Positions 37,566 to 51,066 of a stretch of 64,000 nucleotides of DNA are shown one piece after another. Source of the stretch: Raillietiella orientalis (taxonomy: Eukaryota). The DNA lies in contig JAYWIR010000013.1 of assembly GCA_036172245.1 (NCBI GenBank), positions 3,224,001-3,288,000 of the forward strand. Direction: 5' to 3'. The position numbers were made by a program, and so were the translations under genes. The notes below the pieces were generated by a model that had not been told where the DNA came from, did not search any database, and worked only from the letters and a program-made list of their open reading frames with translations. How positions within the stretch are numbered: the first letter of the stretch is position 1; every line of letters starts with the position of its first letter.

Positions 37566-38899
37566 CCGCAGACCTCCAGAAACGGCACGACAAGAACTTC
37601 GGCATTCCGAGGACCGGAAAAAGCCTCCGTGGCGCACGAAGCGCTCCCAGCGGCATCACCACGCAGCTCGAGTGACGTCACCACCACCCCCGCTCCACAC
37701 GAAAGGGACAGAAGTCACTCACGCCGACAGAAGGAGACGAACGCAAGGGTGGCGCCAGGGGACGCGGTGCTTCCTCGGCGGTAGGATAGCAGCGCCGCCC
37801 GCAAGGTCCTCCCTGCACAGGTGGGCGGGACGGAATTCGCTCGCGCCCTAGCGAAATCCCATCGCATCAAGGGGTCGATGCCGACGATTCACGGCCCTCG
37901 GTTCCCGGGACAGCCCGCGAGCCGAGGCGACCCCGGTGGCTACGGGGGAATGGCCAGGGGCTACTCGACTGCAAGGACTCCGCGTTACCTGGACTCTGGG
38001 CACACAAATCGCGCATCTTCCGGAAACGAAGCCGCACTCGCGCGTGCAACCATTCACACGTGTTCTCATTCACGCGTGCAACCGTGGATACCCATTCGCT
38101 CAAGTACGAGGAGAAGTTTTCCTGAAAACACAGGCGGCCTCCTTTCAGGAGGCCCGCCGGGCGGAGCGAACACTCCCTTTAGAAGGCCTGATACCCCACT
38201 GCCGGGGGGAACAGTGGGGCGCGGAAGAGTAGGACGCATCTGCAATGCCAGGAAGACGTCCCCGCGTTCTGAGACGCCAGGAAAGCAAAGGGGGAGGGGA
38301 GAAGCTGCTGTTCGGGTGACGTCATCCTAGCTGTCAACGGAAGCCATGCGCAGTTGCAGCGGTTGGATTGCAACGGGAATCCTGGACTGCGGTGTTCGAC
38401 TCCACATTTGGGTTCCCTTTCCGCTTGCCTGACTTGTGAGCCACGCCTGTTGGTCGCATGTGGGCTTCGGGAAACCTTCCTGTTCCTGGTCTGCCTATTC
38501 AAGGGGCTGATTGCGACGTCGGAATCGCTATCCACGCAGCCACCTCGCAGAGCCAATGCCTGCTGCCAGAAGTGTTCGTGAGGGGCAGATATCCAGGGGA
38601 CCTCGGTTGGCCAGGATGGCCACTTTGTTTCGTGCTGTAAGCGAAAAGCATAGGAAGAAATATAAGAAATAAGGACAGGATGGAAGGGAGAAAGAATGTT
38701 TTAGGGATGGCAGGGTTATGGGAAATGGGGCAAAGTGTAGTACTGCTTCGCTTGTTCTTCTTTCATCGGATAGGTCGTGCAGCGCACCGTGGATGGTATC
38801 TGCGATTCCTGGACCAAAGGACGAATGGAGAAGGTGGATCTACCGAGGCGAGGGTGGGCTATGGATCACCTTCTGATGTCCTGGCGAGGGAATCCGGTG

Positions 38900-40800
38900 C
38901 TCCTGGAAGAGATGGTTGCCAGCGGGAGGGAGCGGTTCGGCCTTCGCGTTCGAGCGGCCGCATGCCGTTTGTTCCGCGTGCGCGCCAACGGCCTATCCGC
39001 TGTTTCCTCGCAATCGGTTTTCGGCCGATCTGCAAGCGCTTCCGTGGAGTCCGAACCCCTCGCGGGCGGGTATGGGCAGGGTGCGGTCGGCTTCCGCCCG
39101 GAGACGGCCCTTCAGCTCGCGCGATTGGCGGCTTAACGACGGCTGCCCCTGCGATGCCGGTCTCGCTGCTAGGCGGACGTGCTTGCTGGGAACGCGGGTC
39201 GTACCCTGAGTCGGGATGCGGTGCTCCTGGGGACGACGGATGCATCCGTGGGTGTCTCCTCCTGGGGACTTGTTCCACCTGTGGAAGCAGCTGACCTTTT
39301 GACTGCAGCATGGGCGTCCACCTGGGCGCGCGAGATGGGGAGGCGGCGGCGTTCCGCTGATCCTTGCGCGTTGCCGAGCGTTAGCTTTGGCCTCACGTCC
39401 ACGCGAGTTGCAGCTGGGCAGGCTGGGGTCAAGGCTGTGCCTTCCCTACTACCCTCTTGGGGCATGAGGTGGATACAGCTCATCTGCTCCAGGCCCGAAT
39501 CCCACGACATCCCATCTTCCCCATTCGTGGATCCCAGGGCACGTTCCGATGCAAGCAACCCGGAGGCGAAGAAATGACTCGAAACGAGAAGGTCGGTGCC
39601 GACTCTTAAAGATTGCGTGATTCCCCTGGAAAAAACGCTGAGGCGAGGCGGCGATTTCTCATCGAAGGCGAAAAAAAGGAAAACGCGGCATTCGATTTGC
39701 TGAGCGCACCGGAAGAGGACGAGGCTCGAAGACATGGAGATTTACCGCGCAACACCGCGTCCTGGTTTCGTCGGGCGCGATTCCGCGTCACTCACCTTGC
39801 AGGTCGCTCGGCTCCCGTGCTTTCCACGTGTTGTCGGGACAGCTCCCTCTTCTCCTTGGTCCACGCCCAGCAGCAGCAGCTCTGCCGAGAATGTCCATTC
39901 CGCGTCTCCGGCGACGTTCGTGCTGGCGCCGGCGGCGACCTGTCATGGGAGCACGGGGATCGGCGATGCTTCCTCCCGCTACCCACCTCAGCCAGGTTGG
40001 GGTGGGTGGGGTCCTCACGCTTCGAAAGGTACGTCTGCTCCTCTCGGCTATGTTGGGGGGAATCAGAGCAAAGAATCGCCGGATAATCCGTTTCCATGGA
40101 TGCCGAATTCTTGGCCCGCCCCACCAGCGCATGCTGGAGGTTACGATTGTGCCTTGCCGCTCGGAAGACCTCGGAGGAGCGTCACCCGTGGCAACCCCCT
40201 TCCGCAGCTCCGATGAGGGCATGGCCTGAGGCGATCGTTCGTTCCTCACTCGCGTGGGCCGTTAGCCCTGGTTTCACGCCTGCTCGGGAACGTGCGTACG
40301 CGGCTGTCCATCCCGACAGGGCAGCTTCTTCGCGGCCGCCCTTACCTTGTTCTCCCCCACTTGGGGAGGACGGAGAGCTCCTGCGGGATCGCTGGCAGCG
40401 AAGGTGAGAAAGGGAACTTTCCGCGTTTTCTTCCTTCCTGAGGGGCGCGTCGGTCCGCGACCGCTTCCGAGGGAAGGCAAGACGCAAGTGCGCACTCACT
40501 CGACCAGCGGGCAGGGAAGGCTTGGGCGACGGAGAATCGTCCGTCGAGAACAGCGAAGAGTCCGCGGGCCGTGCGTGCGAAGTTCGTCTTCTTCGCTCGC
40601 AGTCTGCCGGCTGCTGCTCCCTTCTCTTGAGCGACTTTCCGCAGGTCGGCGATCGAGATTCGGCTGTTCGACCCTGACGTCACGGTCGGGCGGTCGCTCC
40701 GGAAACCGCACCTTCCGCGTGCGTGCCCTTTCCATGCTCGGTCCAGATGCTCCTCCTGTGCGAGGCGTACGGGGCCCTTCCTCGTCCACAGCTTGCGGTT
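38900..40800 (+). mobile_element. Decayed non-LTR RT element (R1/Jockey-like)
   Basis: GFRP near 39015, RGC..LW near 39250-39285, eroded AD motif near 39355; frameshifted. Confidence 0.45.
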
Positions 40801-42799
40801 ACTTTTAATCTTCCAATCTTCGTGTCTTTGATGTCGATTGAGCCTATCTCGATGTTCTGCCTCGTGATTGCTGTCCACAAAAACGCAACGCGGAGCTCCA
40901 GACTCTTCGCTCTTCTCAACATTATGCAATCTCTGCGAAAAACAAGTTCTTAGCAGCATCTCGTTTGGATTACTTTCAGAAGACGGTCAACGATGAAATG
41001 GAACAGCCTGAACAGAACATACTTCACACGACATCTTTTCTGGAAACTCTTCCAGAGGAAACCGAAAGCGCAATGGTGCACTTCCCCGTGATTTATCTGA
41101 AGGAAAGCGGATGAATGTTGTAGGGTTATCTCTTCACGTCTACGGAGCAGTCTGAGTTCCATACTCTTTTCCAGTAGCTGAATTCCACCTTGAAGGCAAA
41201 CAAGGAATCAAAACTCAGAAAAGTTTTTTCCTGAGCTGATCTTCGGCAGTGGCTGCATATTGTGCTGGAAGAATTCGAAATCTGCTGCCCTGAAAAGGAG
41301 AAAATTGTGAATCCATACCTCAAGGGAGATGGATCGTCAGCTTACGATGGATCGGCCATTTGGATACTTTCGTCTCACCGTGAGCCGCATGCCAGCGGCA
41401 AGTCTGGGAAGCACAGCATTATGCTTTCAAGCAGAGGTACGCAATCTGGACTGACAGCGTGCTGCACTTCCTAGGCGACTTCGTACATGGAAGGAAGACA
41501 AGCCGTCACTGCTTCGGAAATAAGGAGGCTGCAATCGCAACCCCGCGAAGAGTGGAGTAGCTGTTAGCTGCGTAGGGCATCCGTTTCCGGTTCCCAGCAT
41601 CGAGGATAGGAATTCAGTCTTGAAGTTGATACAGCGGAGAGAAAAGTTGACTCTTTCCGTTTCCGTACACTTGCCTTGAATGAATGGGTCGTCCCAGACT
41701 CTGACGTGACATGGCATGAAAGAAGTCATTGTGAGTTCACCTAGTCAGTCGCCTGGCATGGAAGGATTTCTTGCCTCTGACCATCGAATGCTCCTATTGC
41801 TGAAAGCATGCGCATTCAGTGTACGCTTTCAGGACTTCATTTCCACTGCTGTTGTGCACGAAATCCGACACGAAATGAAGCACTTCGGGAGGCTTCATGC
41901 GGGTTCGCGCGCAGACATGGAACCCATTCGTATAAAACCACCTTCAACTTCGCAAGCAACTTCGCATCTTCCGGTTTGTACCATTCGTCTCGCAACGTTC
42001 CCCACATCCTTGCCTGATCCGTGCGTTGAGCATGTTTCCGTTTTCCCTTGCCTTGAGTTTGGTGCGAAACGGCTCCTATGACATGTCCTAGAGGACCGCA
42101 GTTCCTCTATTCGGATGGTCATCTCTGAATATCTGTTTCGGACCAGGATCAGAAACCTTTTGTGCGATCGGTAGCCAAGACACACTGCAACGGTTGGGAT
42201 GCCTTAATCGCCTCACTTCACTGACACATATATAAGATTGCCTCAAATTCCGCCCCGGAAAAGAGACTGGAGGATCATTAGAATCGCACTGACTCAAAAA
42301 GAAAGAAAAAAAAACATCAGAATCGCAGTTGAGGAACAATTTAAACGTTTCCATGTGGCACTGCTTCTTCCCGCGCATCGAAAGCATCCGAAGAATCTTC
42401 TCGATTGTGCTTTCAAGTTCAAGGAATACCATCATCCATTTGCTCATTGAGATCATTGAGTGAAGTTTTTGCTCCCTCGGTTCAGTGTCTTCATGACAGT
42501 TTACTTTGTCTCTTACCACTTGAGGACCTTAACCCTAATTTTCTCCAGAAATCTGCAGAGACACTCAGCAGTCATATGTTTTGCATCCAAATCAGTAAAG
42601 ATTATTGGAAACGGCGCACATTCCAAATTTCAAGGAACTTTTACTGCACTTCCATGATGACAAAGAAACAAAGTCCTCCTCTGTTTCAAGCAGCAGGAAT
42701 CAATCCTTCAACTCGGATATTCCATGAGATAGAATTCTCCACACTCACATCAAACACAGACATGCCATTCGTATAAAGTTGAATTCAAACACATTTCTC

Positions 42800-43360
42800 T
42801 GGAATGAACGAAATCTACAAAAACGTCCACAAAGTATCGCGGGTGCCTCGCCGGTGGGACGATGCATGGTTGCAGCTACGAAAACGTTTGCGACCCCGAA
42901 TGCCCCACTCTGGGTCGCACCGACCGCAGGTCCTCGGGTCGACCACCCGTCAAGTGCTGTACAGCGGTTCTCTTCCTACTGTTGTACGGTTATGCCGGTT
43001 GCTCCGAGGGAGGACCGCAGTGAGGTGAGGACGGGTAAACGACCCCCACAGCGTCTTGCGTGGGTCGCTGACGATCTCTTCCAGATATTGAGGAGCGCAT
43101 CTGCCACGCTTCGGGCAGACGAACTCTTCCCGGCTCGAGTCCTCGACCCTTCCCCGTGCGTAAACGGATACCTGGAGGCAGCTAGGCGGTCTGGTTCGCG
43201 AAAAGGTAGGAGATCCAGGAATTCTCTCTCGGGAAGGCAATCATTGGGATAAGTGGATGCCTACCCACGTTAGCTAGCGACGGAGACGGATGGGTGTCCA
43301 TGGTAGCCGCTTGCTCGCTTGACCGGAAGGCGTGCTGGCAATCATCCTCACCTGGCAATC
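42800..43360 (+). mobile_element. Possible RTE-like 3' relic
   Basis: TTRQVLY..LP, RLAWVAD, LDRKACW; weak. Confidence 0.3.
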
Positions 43361-43659
43361 ATTTTTTTTTTTTTTTTAAAGGCCAGTAGCGACCCCCACG
43401 AGGAGATCGTTACTATTGGCCTAGGACGATGGAAATCCTTGGGTTCTTCTTTTTCTTCTGACTTCGCTCTTTTTCTTTAAGCTTTTTTTTTTTTTTTTTA
43501 AAAGTTTTCTTTTTTTTTTTGGTTCGCTAAGTACCTCAGAGCCGGTCGCTTGCCTCGCGGCGCACGTGGCTCTTTTTAAACATTAACACACTGTTTTGTT
43601 TCCACGCCCCTCCACCCGCGGCAACCCGCAGGGGGGCGTGTAATTCTTCAGTGTAATTC

Positions 43660-43975
43660 TTCAGGATAGGGAGCACCCCGGGATGGGGGTCCGCCCTATG
43701 AATCCAGGAAGGGCTCGGAGTCCGTTCCTCTCACGCTTGGGGAGGGATCGCACCTCCCACCCTGGTTGTCTCCGAAGGGGAACCCCGAAGAGAATCTCCT
43801 TCCTCATTCTCTCCGGAGGGACACCCCCTGGGATGGGGGTGGTCCTCTCCATTTTTTCTTATCCAAAGGGAACCCGGAAAGGATCCGCTAGCAGGAATTT
43901 CTTCTCCGGAGGGAACCCGCCAGGGAACCGCTCCTGTTCACTCCTCTGAAGAGAACCCCGACGGGACGCTTCCGA
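43660..43975. repeat. Degenerate minisatellite (GGGAACCC core, roughly 45-bp spacing) next to poly-T tracts at 43362 and 43483-43520
   Basis: Recurrent AGGGAACCC(C)G, CTCCGGAGGGA and GGGATGGGGGT blocks. Confidence 0.55.
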
Positions 43976-44899
43976 AACTCAGAAGGGGCGCTGCAGCTTC
44001 CCGCAGGAAATCGCTCTCGCTTCCTTGTGCACTCTGTGAAGAGGCGACGACTCGGAGGGTCCCCCGGTGAGGAGGGGGGGGTTTGCTCTCCGTTGCACGA
44101 CAGAAGGGGGAACTCTCCACTCCTTGATTCCTGGGAGGACCCGAAGGTCGACTCCCATTGTTCCGGCCTTCATCGGGGGCCTCCGGTTTTATTCACCGAC
44201 GGTGCCACGCCCGAATGTCTCGGCCAACCAGCGCCATTGCAGGAGAAACTCGGAACCCGACGACGCAGTGGCGTCACAGTTTCATGCCGAAGTATTCGAA
44301 CCCGCGACGCCCGGGGCCACGCGCGGAAGCCTTAACCACACAGCCTCCGACGCGGGCTGGCCGAGCGGCAATCATCCAGAACTTCGCCGCAAGGACGAGT
44401 TTTCTGGATTGTGCTGATGCTCCTTTCGCTCCAGCGTACGCAGGCCAACACCATCCATCCCGGAGTGAAGCTCGCCTGTGTTTGGAGCGGACTCTAGACC
44501 CCAGCGTGCCCCACGGGACTTATCGTAGGAGGTGCTCTGTCCGCTCTTCGATTTCAAACGGATCGATGCAAACGGAAGGTACAAGGGAAGGACTACGAGT
44601 TCTTAGGTGGACAAAGAACTCAACAGTTGGCTCCAAAGAAACAGTCTCCCAGCCCGATGACACGGATTGGCAGTATCCATCAGCTCACTGTCCTTGCAAA
44701 TTCCTTAGAGTTGAGAAAGTTTCTTAGAGAACAAATTCCAGTGGAACTCAGAACTTTCTCCTCTGAGGAGAAAGCTCTTCTGTCCTGATTGGTAATGTGG
44801 AAGCCCACGTTTCCTGCCCAGCAGGAATTATAATTGATTGGACTAAAAAGACCCAAGGGTGATCTTGCAAGAATGCGGCAAGCTGCCTCAGCAGGAATA

Positions 44900-45950
44900 A
44901 ACTTCCTGTGAGAACTGATTCCGTGGCGCGGCAGCAATCTTCAAACTCCTTTTCTGCCGAACTTTGCGCAGAAAGATGCGTCGCGCGGGCGCTCACTGCG
45001 AAGTCTGCAATTTCGCTCACATTCGGAACTGCACATCCAGTGGCATGTTTTCCAGCATCAGGGTGCATCATTCTGTGTGCTCACTTCCCTAGAGCGGGAA
45101 AGCACAGAATGGTGGTGAAAGAGGAGAGAGGCCCTGTGGGCGTCGCATAAGCAGAGAGATGGACCGCTGCTGAAAGGCATCGCCGAGGCCGTTCAGAGTA
45201 CGTAAAAAGGGAACCGTTGGAACGATCCTGCAGGACAACAGGATCGTTCAAACGGCCACTTACTTTTTCTGATCCATTAGATGGATCGTTTCATGCACCA
45301 GGACGGACTTTTCTCCGCAGACTCCCATTCTGGGAGGCATGTTCTTTCCAACGTGGATTCTTCCCTATTTTTTGAACTCTTTCTTTTCGAAGCTCTCGAA
45401 CCGTGGCTGGACCACTCCGGGGTGCGTCCCGAGGGTCGTGAGGAAGGGATGCCGACTCGGTCGGCTCGCCTGCAACACTTTGTCCTTGAACCGCTCCATG
45501 CAAGGTCGTCTTGCCCTAGAGGATCTTCACTCCGTACAGTCGGTCGCTTGTGCACACACAGAACGCAGTCTTCATCTCCGACTCTCCGTCTCCGCTCGAG
45601 CGTGTCCTCCGTTGCAGAGGAGACGGGTGCTCCTGGTGAACGCGACAAAATGCTCGTCGTTACATCGCGTGTCTCTCCCTGTTCCCGCATGCTGCCTTCA
45701 TGGCTTCTCGAACTGTTCATCTCCAAAGTGGATAGACAGAATGCATGGATTAGTCCCATTCACGTTTTGGAGCAGCGCATATTTTTTTTGATTCCAGGAA
45801 TCCTCGACAAGATGCTTGCTCTGTCGCGTGAAGGATGGTCATTGTGGTGATCGCTCGACAAGTGTTTTCACCATGGCCTGCCAACATGGTGCCCTTACCA
45901 CTGTAAGCATGACGGTAAGCAGGATCGGCATCTGCTGAGCTGATGACGAC
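44900..45950 (-). mobile_element. Decayed reverse-transcriptase relic
   Basis: Weak RT-like order of motifs in ORF 45277-45759 and adjacent frames. Confidence 0.3.
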
Positions 45951-46149
45951 ACGTTTCGCTGGCAACAAGGATGACTGCAGCTCGTGCTGGTGTTCAGTGG
46001 ACACAGTGCGGACGTCGCTGTGCTGGTACGAAGGGACAGGAAAGGGAATAGGCGGACGGCCGGCGAGGAGTACCAGGTAGCCAGGATCGCCCAGAATTAG
46101 AGGAACCGGACGGGGCCAAGCGACGGGAAGGCGACGAAGACGAATGCGC

Positions 46150-47336
46150 TTTGGCTGCCTTCACCCGCCCCAAGGTATGAACATGCGGTTTCTTCATCGG
46201 TCGCGTGGTAACCCTGGCGAAGGAAAACCGCAGTTGCATGGTTTGCTACTCCGCTCACGCCAGTGCCTAGCTAGAGAAAACAGCTGGCACGTCCGAGCCG
46301 ACATCCGAGAATTGGAACTGATACCGCGACTCTGCAACCGCGCCAGCTGCTCGCTGAGGAAGTCCCTGAAGTGTCTCAGCAGCAGCACATGGGCGGATAC
46401 GACCCCTTTCCTCTTCCGCCACAGTGATGCCCTTCTTGAGGAGAGCACTTGTCAGTAGCCAAGCGCCGAAATGGCAAGTCTCCTGAGAGATCTCAGGCAG
46501 ACGGAAGTGGATGAGGGTATGGACCATTCGGCAGCTCACGGATGCTGCGATCCCAAGTGCCCTTCCATGAGGATTACAGCGCTGGGGCGAGCTGCTCGGT
46601 ATACCATTCAAAGATCTGGAGTGGTCTCAAGTGCTCAACAATACCAACACCCTCCCGGAAGTGGTAGGAGACGTCACTTCTGCTACAGCACTAGGATCCC
46701 CCCTGCAGCGCAAGCCGAAGCCACTGGACTATGGAGAGGGTGAGAACGGACACTGTTGCCGGTGAGAGAAACTGGAACCCCCCCCTCACATTCCAGTGGA
46801 TTGTGTTACCCTCCGGTCCCTATGGAAACGTTCCGAAACGACCCTCCGGATACCAATTGGCCTCCCCAGTAACGTTTTACGGTTCTCCTTCGTGCGTGAT
46901 ACCTTTCAGCTAGCCGCAGCCCTAGCAGCACTTAGCTGCATCCGCGGAAATGTGGAGGCGTGGAGCGAAGCCAATGGAGGAGGAAACGTGGAAGAGACCG
47001 TCCGATTCGCGATTCGCCTTCTGTAGATAGCGCCCAGATGGCTCCCACTGAGCAGTATACGAACGGATCTTCCCGGCATCCTGCCAAAGGATGCAGACTC
47101 CCTCCAGGGGCAGGCATTTCCGCCCGGTCCTCCAGATTGTTTCTTTTTATTTTTGTTTCTTTTTTTGTTTTATTTTTGTTTTTGGTTTTTTTCATCACTC
47201 TCCGTTGCCTAGGGGAGTCCAGCCGGTCTGCGCACCAGTGACCCGGCGGGTTCATTGTAAAATCGGGAGGCCGCATGCTCTGCCACGATAGTTGCAGGTT
47301 TCTTGGTTTCAAGAAACACCAGGGTGTGACCACGTG
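46150..47336 (+). mobile_element. Isolated 3' fragment (piece K) of the Tx1-like family from 1-17 kb
   Basis: Aligns to E 6220-7395: STWADT, WQVS, QLAAALAALSCIRGNVEAWSE, T-rich 3' UTR, terminal CACC..CGTG. Confidence 0.85.
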
Positions 47337-47715
47337 GCAATTCCAGGCACCACTTGCCCGTTGGCTGGGTTCCTCCTCCACGATATTGCCCCTGACGATG
47401 AATGGCTATTGAGCGAGGGTGAGAGATGCACAGGGACGAAAGGGGAAAGCGAGGGTCCGGCATGGGGTCCGAGCGGGGCGATGGATAGGAGAGCAGGATC
47501 CCGCCGGTGGTCGTAAGAAGCGGAAGCAGAGAAAGGCGACAAGCATTATCGTAGCAACGGAGCATTGTTTTCCAGGATTGTCTCCCTTCGTCTCTCTCGT
47601 TCCTACTTGGGCGTCCCTCTTTACCTTGCGGAAAGAAGGAGAAGGACCAGAAGAAGAAGCAACCGAGATCGTTTTGGAGCATGGAACCCCAGTGATGGTG
47701 TCGTCTTCCTGGATA

Positions 47716-49452
47716 TGCCCCCAGTGGCTCCTACTGCCTGCCCTGGTGGCGGTGGGAGTGGGATGCCTCCTCTTGCGAGAGTGAATGTGGAAGTCGCGGC
47801 GGATGGCGAGGCAGGTAAGACCTTTCCCTTCTCCCGTTCCTCCGATAGAGTAGTTTGCTCCCGCTCACTGCCCGCGTGCTCAGGATGGGCGGAGGGAGTG
47901 GGGGATGTGGTGTTGGGTTGGGTTGTTGGTGCCCTCTGTTGTCGTCGCTGCAGGAGGAGGGCAGGAACGCCGCGGGCGTCTCTCGCTCATGCCCATCCCT
48001 CCACCCACGGCGCGGCGTCGCTCCGAACCGGAGGCGACGAGGGGGAGGGGTGAAAAGAGTGGAATTTCTAGTTTCTTCGTGGCTCGGCGGCCCCTGGGCG
48101 TATCCCTCTTGACCATTGCCGTGGCCTACTTGGTTCCTCATCTCGGTCTCCCGAGGCTTTCCGACCGTTGTGCGAAGCCCCTGGGGACGTGCGTGCGTGA
48201 GTACGCGTTGTCCCCGCAGGGAAGCTTTCCCACCATCGCCGGATGGGAGACGGCAGGAGCCAAGTGACGGACAGCGGGTGACACCCGTTGCCAGACATTT
48301 GGCCGAACGAGAAGGTGAGCGAGGGGTGCCTCACCGCGCCTCCGTGAGGCGGCTACGCAGACTCTCGAGGAGGGAGGGAGCCCCAGGATGTCCAGGAACG
48401 GTGAACAGGAGCGGCGGCTGCGAAAGGGTGGTGCCTGCCCTGCGGATGCGGGCTCGTCCGGGTGCGGCGGATTTCGGGAATGCGCCGGCTCGGCGTCGCT
48501 TTCTCCCCCCCTCGTCCGCACGGTTGCCCGTTGCAGGAGCCGGACACGCCCCCGCAGGCTGGGTGGACGGAGGAGGAGACGCTGCACGCCTCTGGGAACG
48601 CCGCCCCATCCAACGGCGAGCACCCCGAAGGCTTCTCCAGGCTGCTGGAGGAGAACCGGTGGCTGCGGGAGCTGTGCCGAGAGGCGCGCCGACAGGCCGA
48701 CCGCTTCCAGGTACGTCCGCTCCGCCTGCCGCGCCTCGGGGCAGCCGAGTAAGGGGGCAGGAAAGCTCGGATGTCCGGCAAGCGTCTTTTCCAGGAGCTG
48801 TATCGGTGGAGCGAGGAAGCGAGACGGGACCAGTGGGATGAGCTGTCGACTGCCAGGCAGCTGCTGATCCTCGCCGCCGAGCACCTGGAGAACAGCCAGT
48901 CACGCAGCCCAGCACGGGAGCAGGTGGAATCAGAGGAAGACCCGGTGACGAAGATGCAGGAGGGCGAACAGGTTGCGGACACAGACGAAGGGTTGGCGGC
49001 CTTGGTTCCCGTATGCCGTCCCTCGCCTTGCTGCGCTGTCTCCTGCATGCCCGACTGTCCCCGTCTCACGGAATAGGATTCCGATGGATCCCTGGAGCAA
49101 AAATCCTTCTTCGCTCACACCACCTGCGAGGTGATGGTGATTGGTGCGTCTGAACCTTCCTCCGGATGGCAGAAGGCGCTCTTCTTCATCAAGAAGAACG
49201 TCACAGGGGAGGTGCGGGGAGTGACCACCACTTACGTCTCGGGCAGCAGGAAGATGACGGCAGACATCCCCGAAAAGTATGACCCTTTCTCCTTCGCCTA
49301 CCGGATGGCACCCACGTGCTTCGGGAAGCTGGAGGAGATATTCCGGAGGTCCTGTGCTTCCCGTCGGGTGTCCAGGGACCGGGGTTACACTGGAAACGCG
49401 AAGAGGACGAGGAAGAGGAGGAGGAAGAAGAATTGGAAGAAAAAGAGGAGTG
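47716..49452 (+). other. Putative spliced gene or pseudogene encoding a coiled-coil/acidic protein
   Basis: Phase-0 exons joined by CAG|GTACGT..TTCCAG (48711-48794) and CCC|GTATGC..AATAG (49011-49076) read LLEENRWLRELCREARRQADRFQ-ELYRWSEEARR..; terminal poly-Glu tract is out of frame; 5' structure uncertain. Confidence 0.45.
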
Positions 49453-51066
49453 AAAAGAAACGTCCTGCAAAGTTTGTCACGCAGATCATTTTTCTGGGCT
49501 CTGCTTTGCCTTCGATGACATTCGGAAAATTCTTCACAAATTTAATTATGTACACTTATGAGTCCATAGAAAATGCTATTAATATGCATCATTCATTCAA
49601 GGATGGAATTCCTTTTATTTCGTGGACACATGCACAAACTTGAAAATGAAACCTACTTACCCAGCAGTCTTCCCTTGACAAGCACTCTCTTGGGCCTTAT
49701 AAAGAAGATTCTCGCTGAACTGGTAGATTCAGTTCTTCCTATGTAAATTCATGTGTTTTGGGAAATGTTGTTTGTCCTATTGTAAGATTGGTCCAACTTG
49801 AATTCCAGGAGCTGCTTTCTTGCGTTGGGTCAGTTGCATCGAGGTTTTTCGATGAATCGCTCTAAACTTCAACTCTACAACCATGCCTGAGTCCTCTACT
49901 AGAAAGTCGCATTGGCTTTCCTTCTTCCGCAAGCAGAGCTCGCATACACGACGACTGCCCTCATTTCATCTTGTAGAGGCTGCTTGTTCGCTATTCCGAA
50001 TTGAATCTCCTTGATTCGTGGCAAGTTAGTTCACTGCCTTCGCAATCCCCGAGGCTAACCTTCAGCTTCAATGGCATTCTCCTCACTGCTCCGTTCTTCA
50101 TCCTCCAAGTGTTCAAGAGATCTTTCAAGAGTTGCTCTGCCTTGGTAATCTGGCTTGTCTCGTTAAGCGCGGCACATCGCACGGTCGAAACTTTGCGTCT
50201 TCAGGAGTTTCTTCACGTTGACTGGTGATGGTTGCGAGCCCATGAGTTCGATACTTCAAAAAGTTGGAGCGAGTCTTCGAGCAGGAGGTAGCTGCCCCAT
50301 CAATTTTCATTCAATATCGATCTGGCTGTGGTCCATCGCTCCATCGCCACAATCGATCCCAGGAGTGCTGCAATTTTGCCAAGGATAGAGAGACCATTGG
50401 TTTGACTGGAGCTTTATGAGAGAATGCATCGACGGGTCTCATCTCGATCGCATGCCATTTGGGAGGAGAAAGTCCCTGGCGTCTACAGCAGCATGAGCGA
50501 GAAATAGAAACTGTTGTTGTGTGGATGAGATGGCCATGTGCTCTCTTATAAAGTTCCTCCTATTAACATTTTAGGTGGAGAAAGGGTCCGATTCGACGGT
50601 GGTGTCTCGATACCCATGAGTGGGATGTTCCCTTTCACAAGAAACATGTAAAGTTTTTACGAAACTGCCCAATATCCAAGAAAAGACATTTCATACACAG
50701 CATTGCAGTTATCTTGCAAATTATAGTGAATGCCACTTCCATGTACTTCTACATTTAACTTTTGATCTATACACGTTTGCTCAATTTGGACCTCTGAGTA
50801 ACCTGTTGTGCTTTCAAAAAACAACGCATTTCATTTTCATTTCTATGTCTGTTTGTTTAGTCATGCTGAGAAAATGAGGAGCCAACTTTGCAGCTTACCT
50901 GAAATACTGAGAAAACCCAATCAACAAATCAACAACATTAATCATGGAACAGAATCCTTGATTTTATTCAAACTCAAATATGTACATTTTTAAAACTTTA
51001 TTATCTGAAAATATGTTTCATTATACAAACAAGCAATAGTGTTCCACTGAATTGCTCGGTAAAGAT

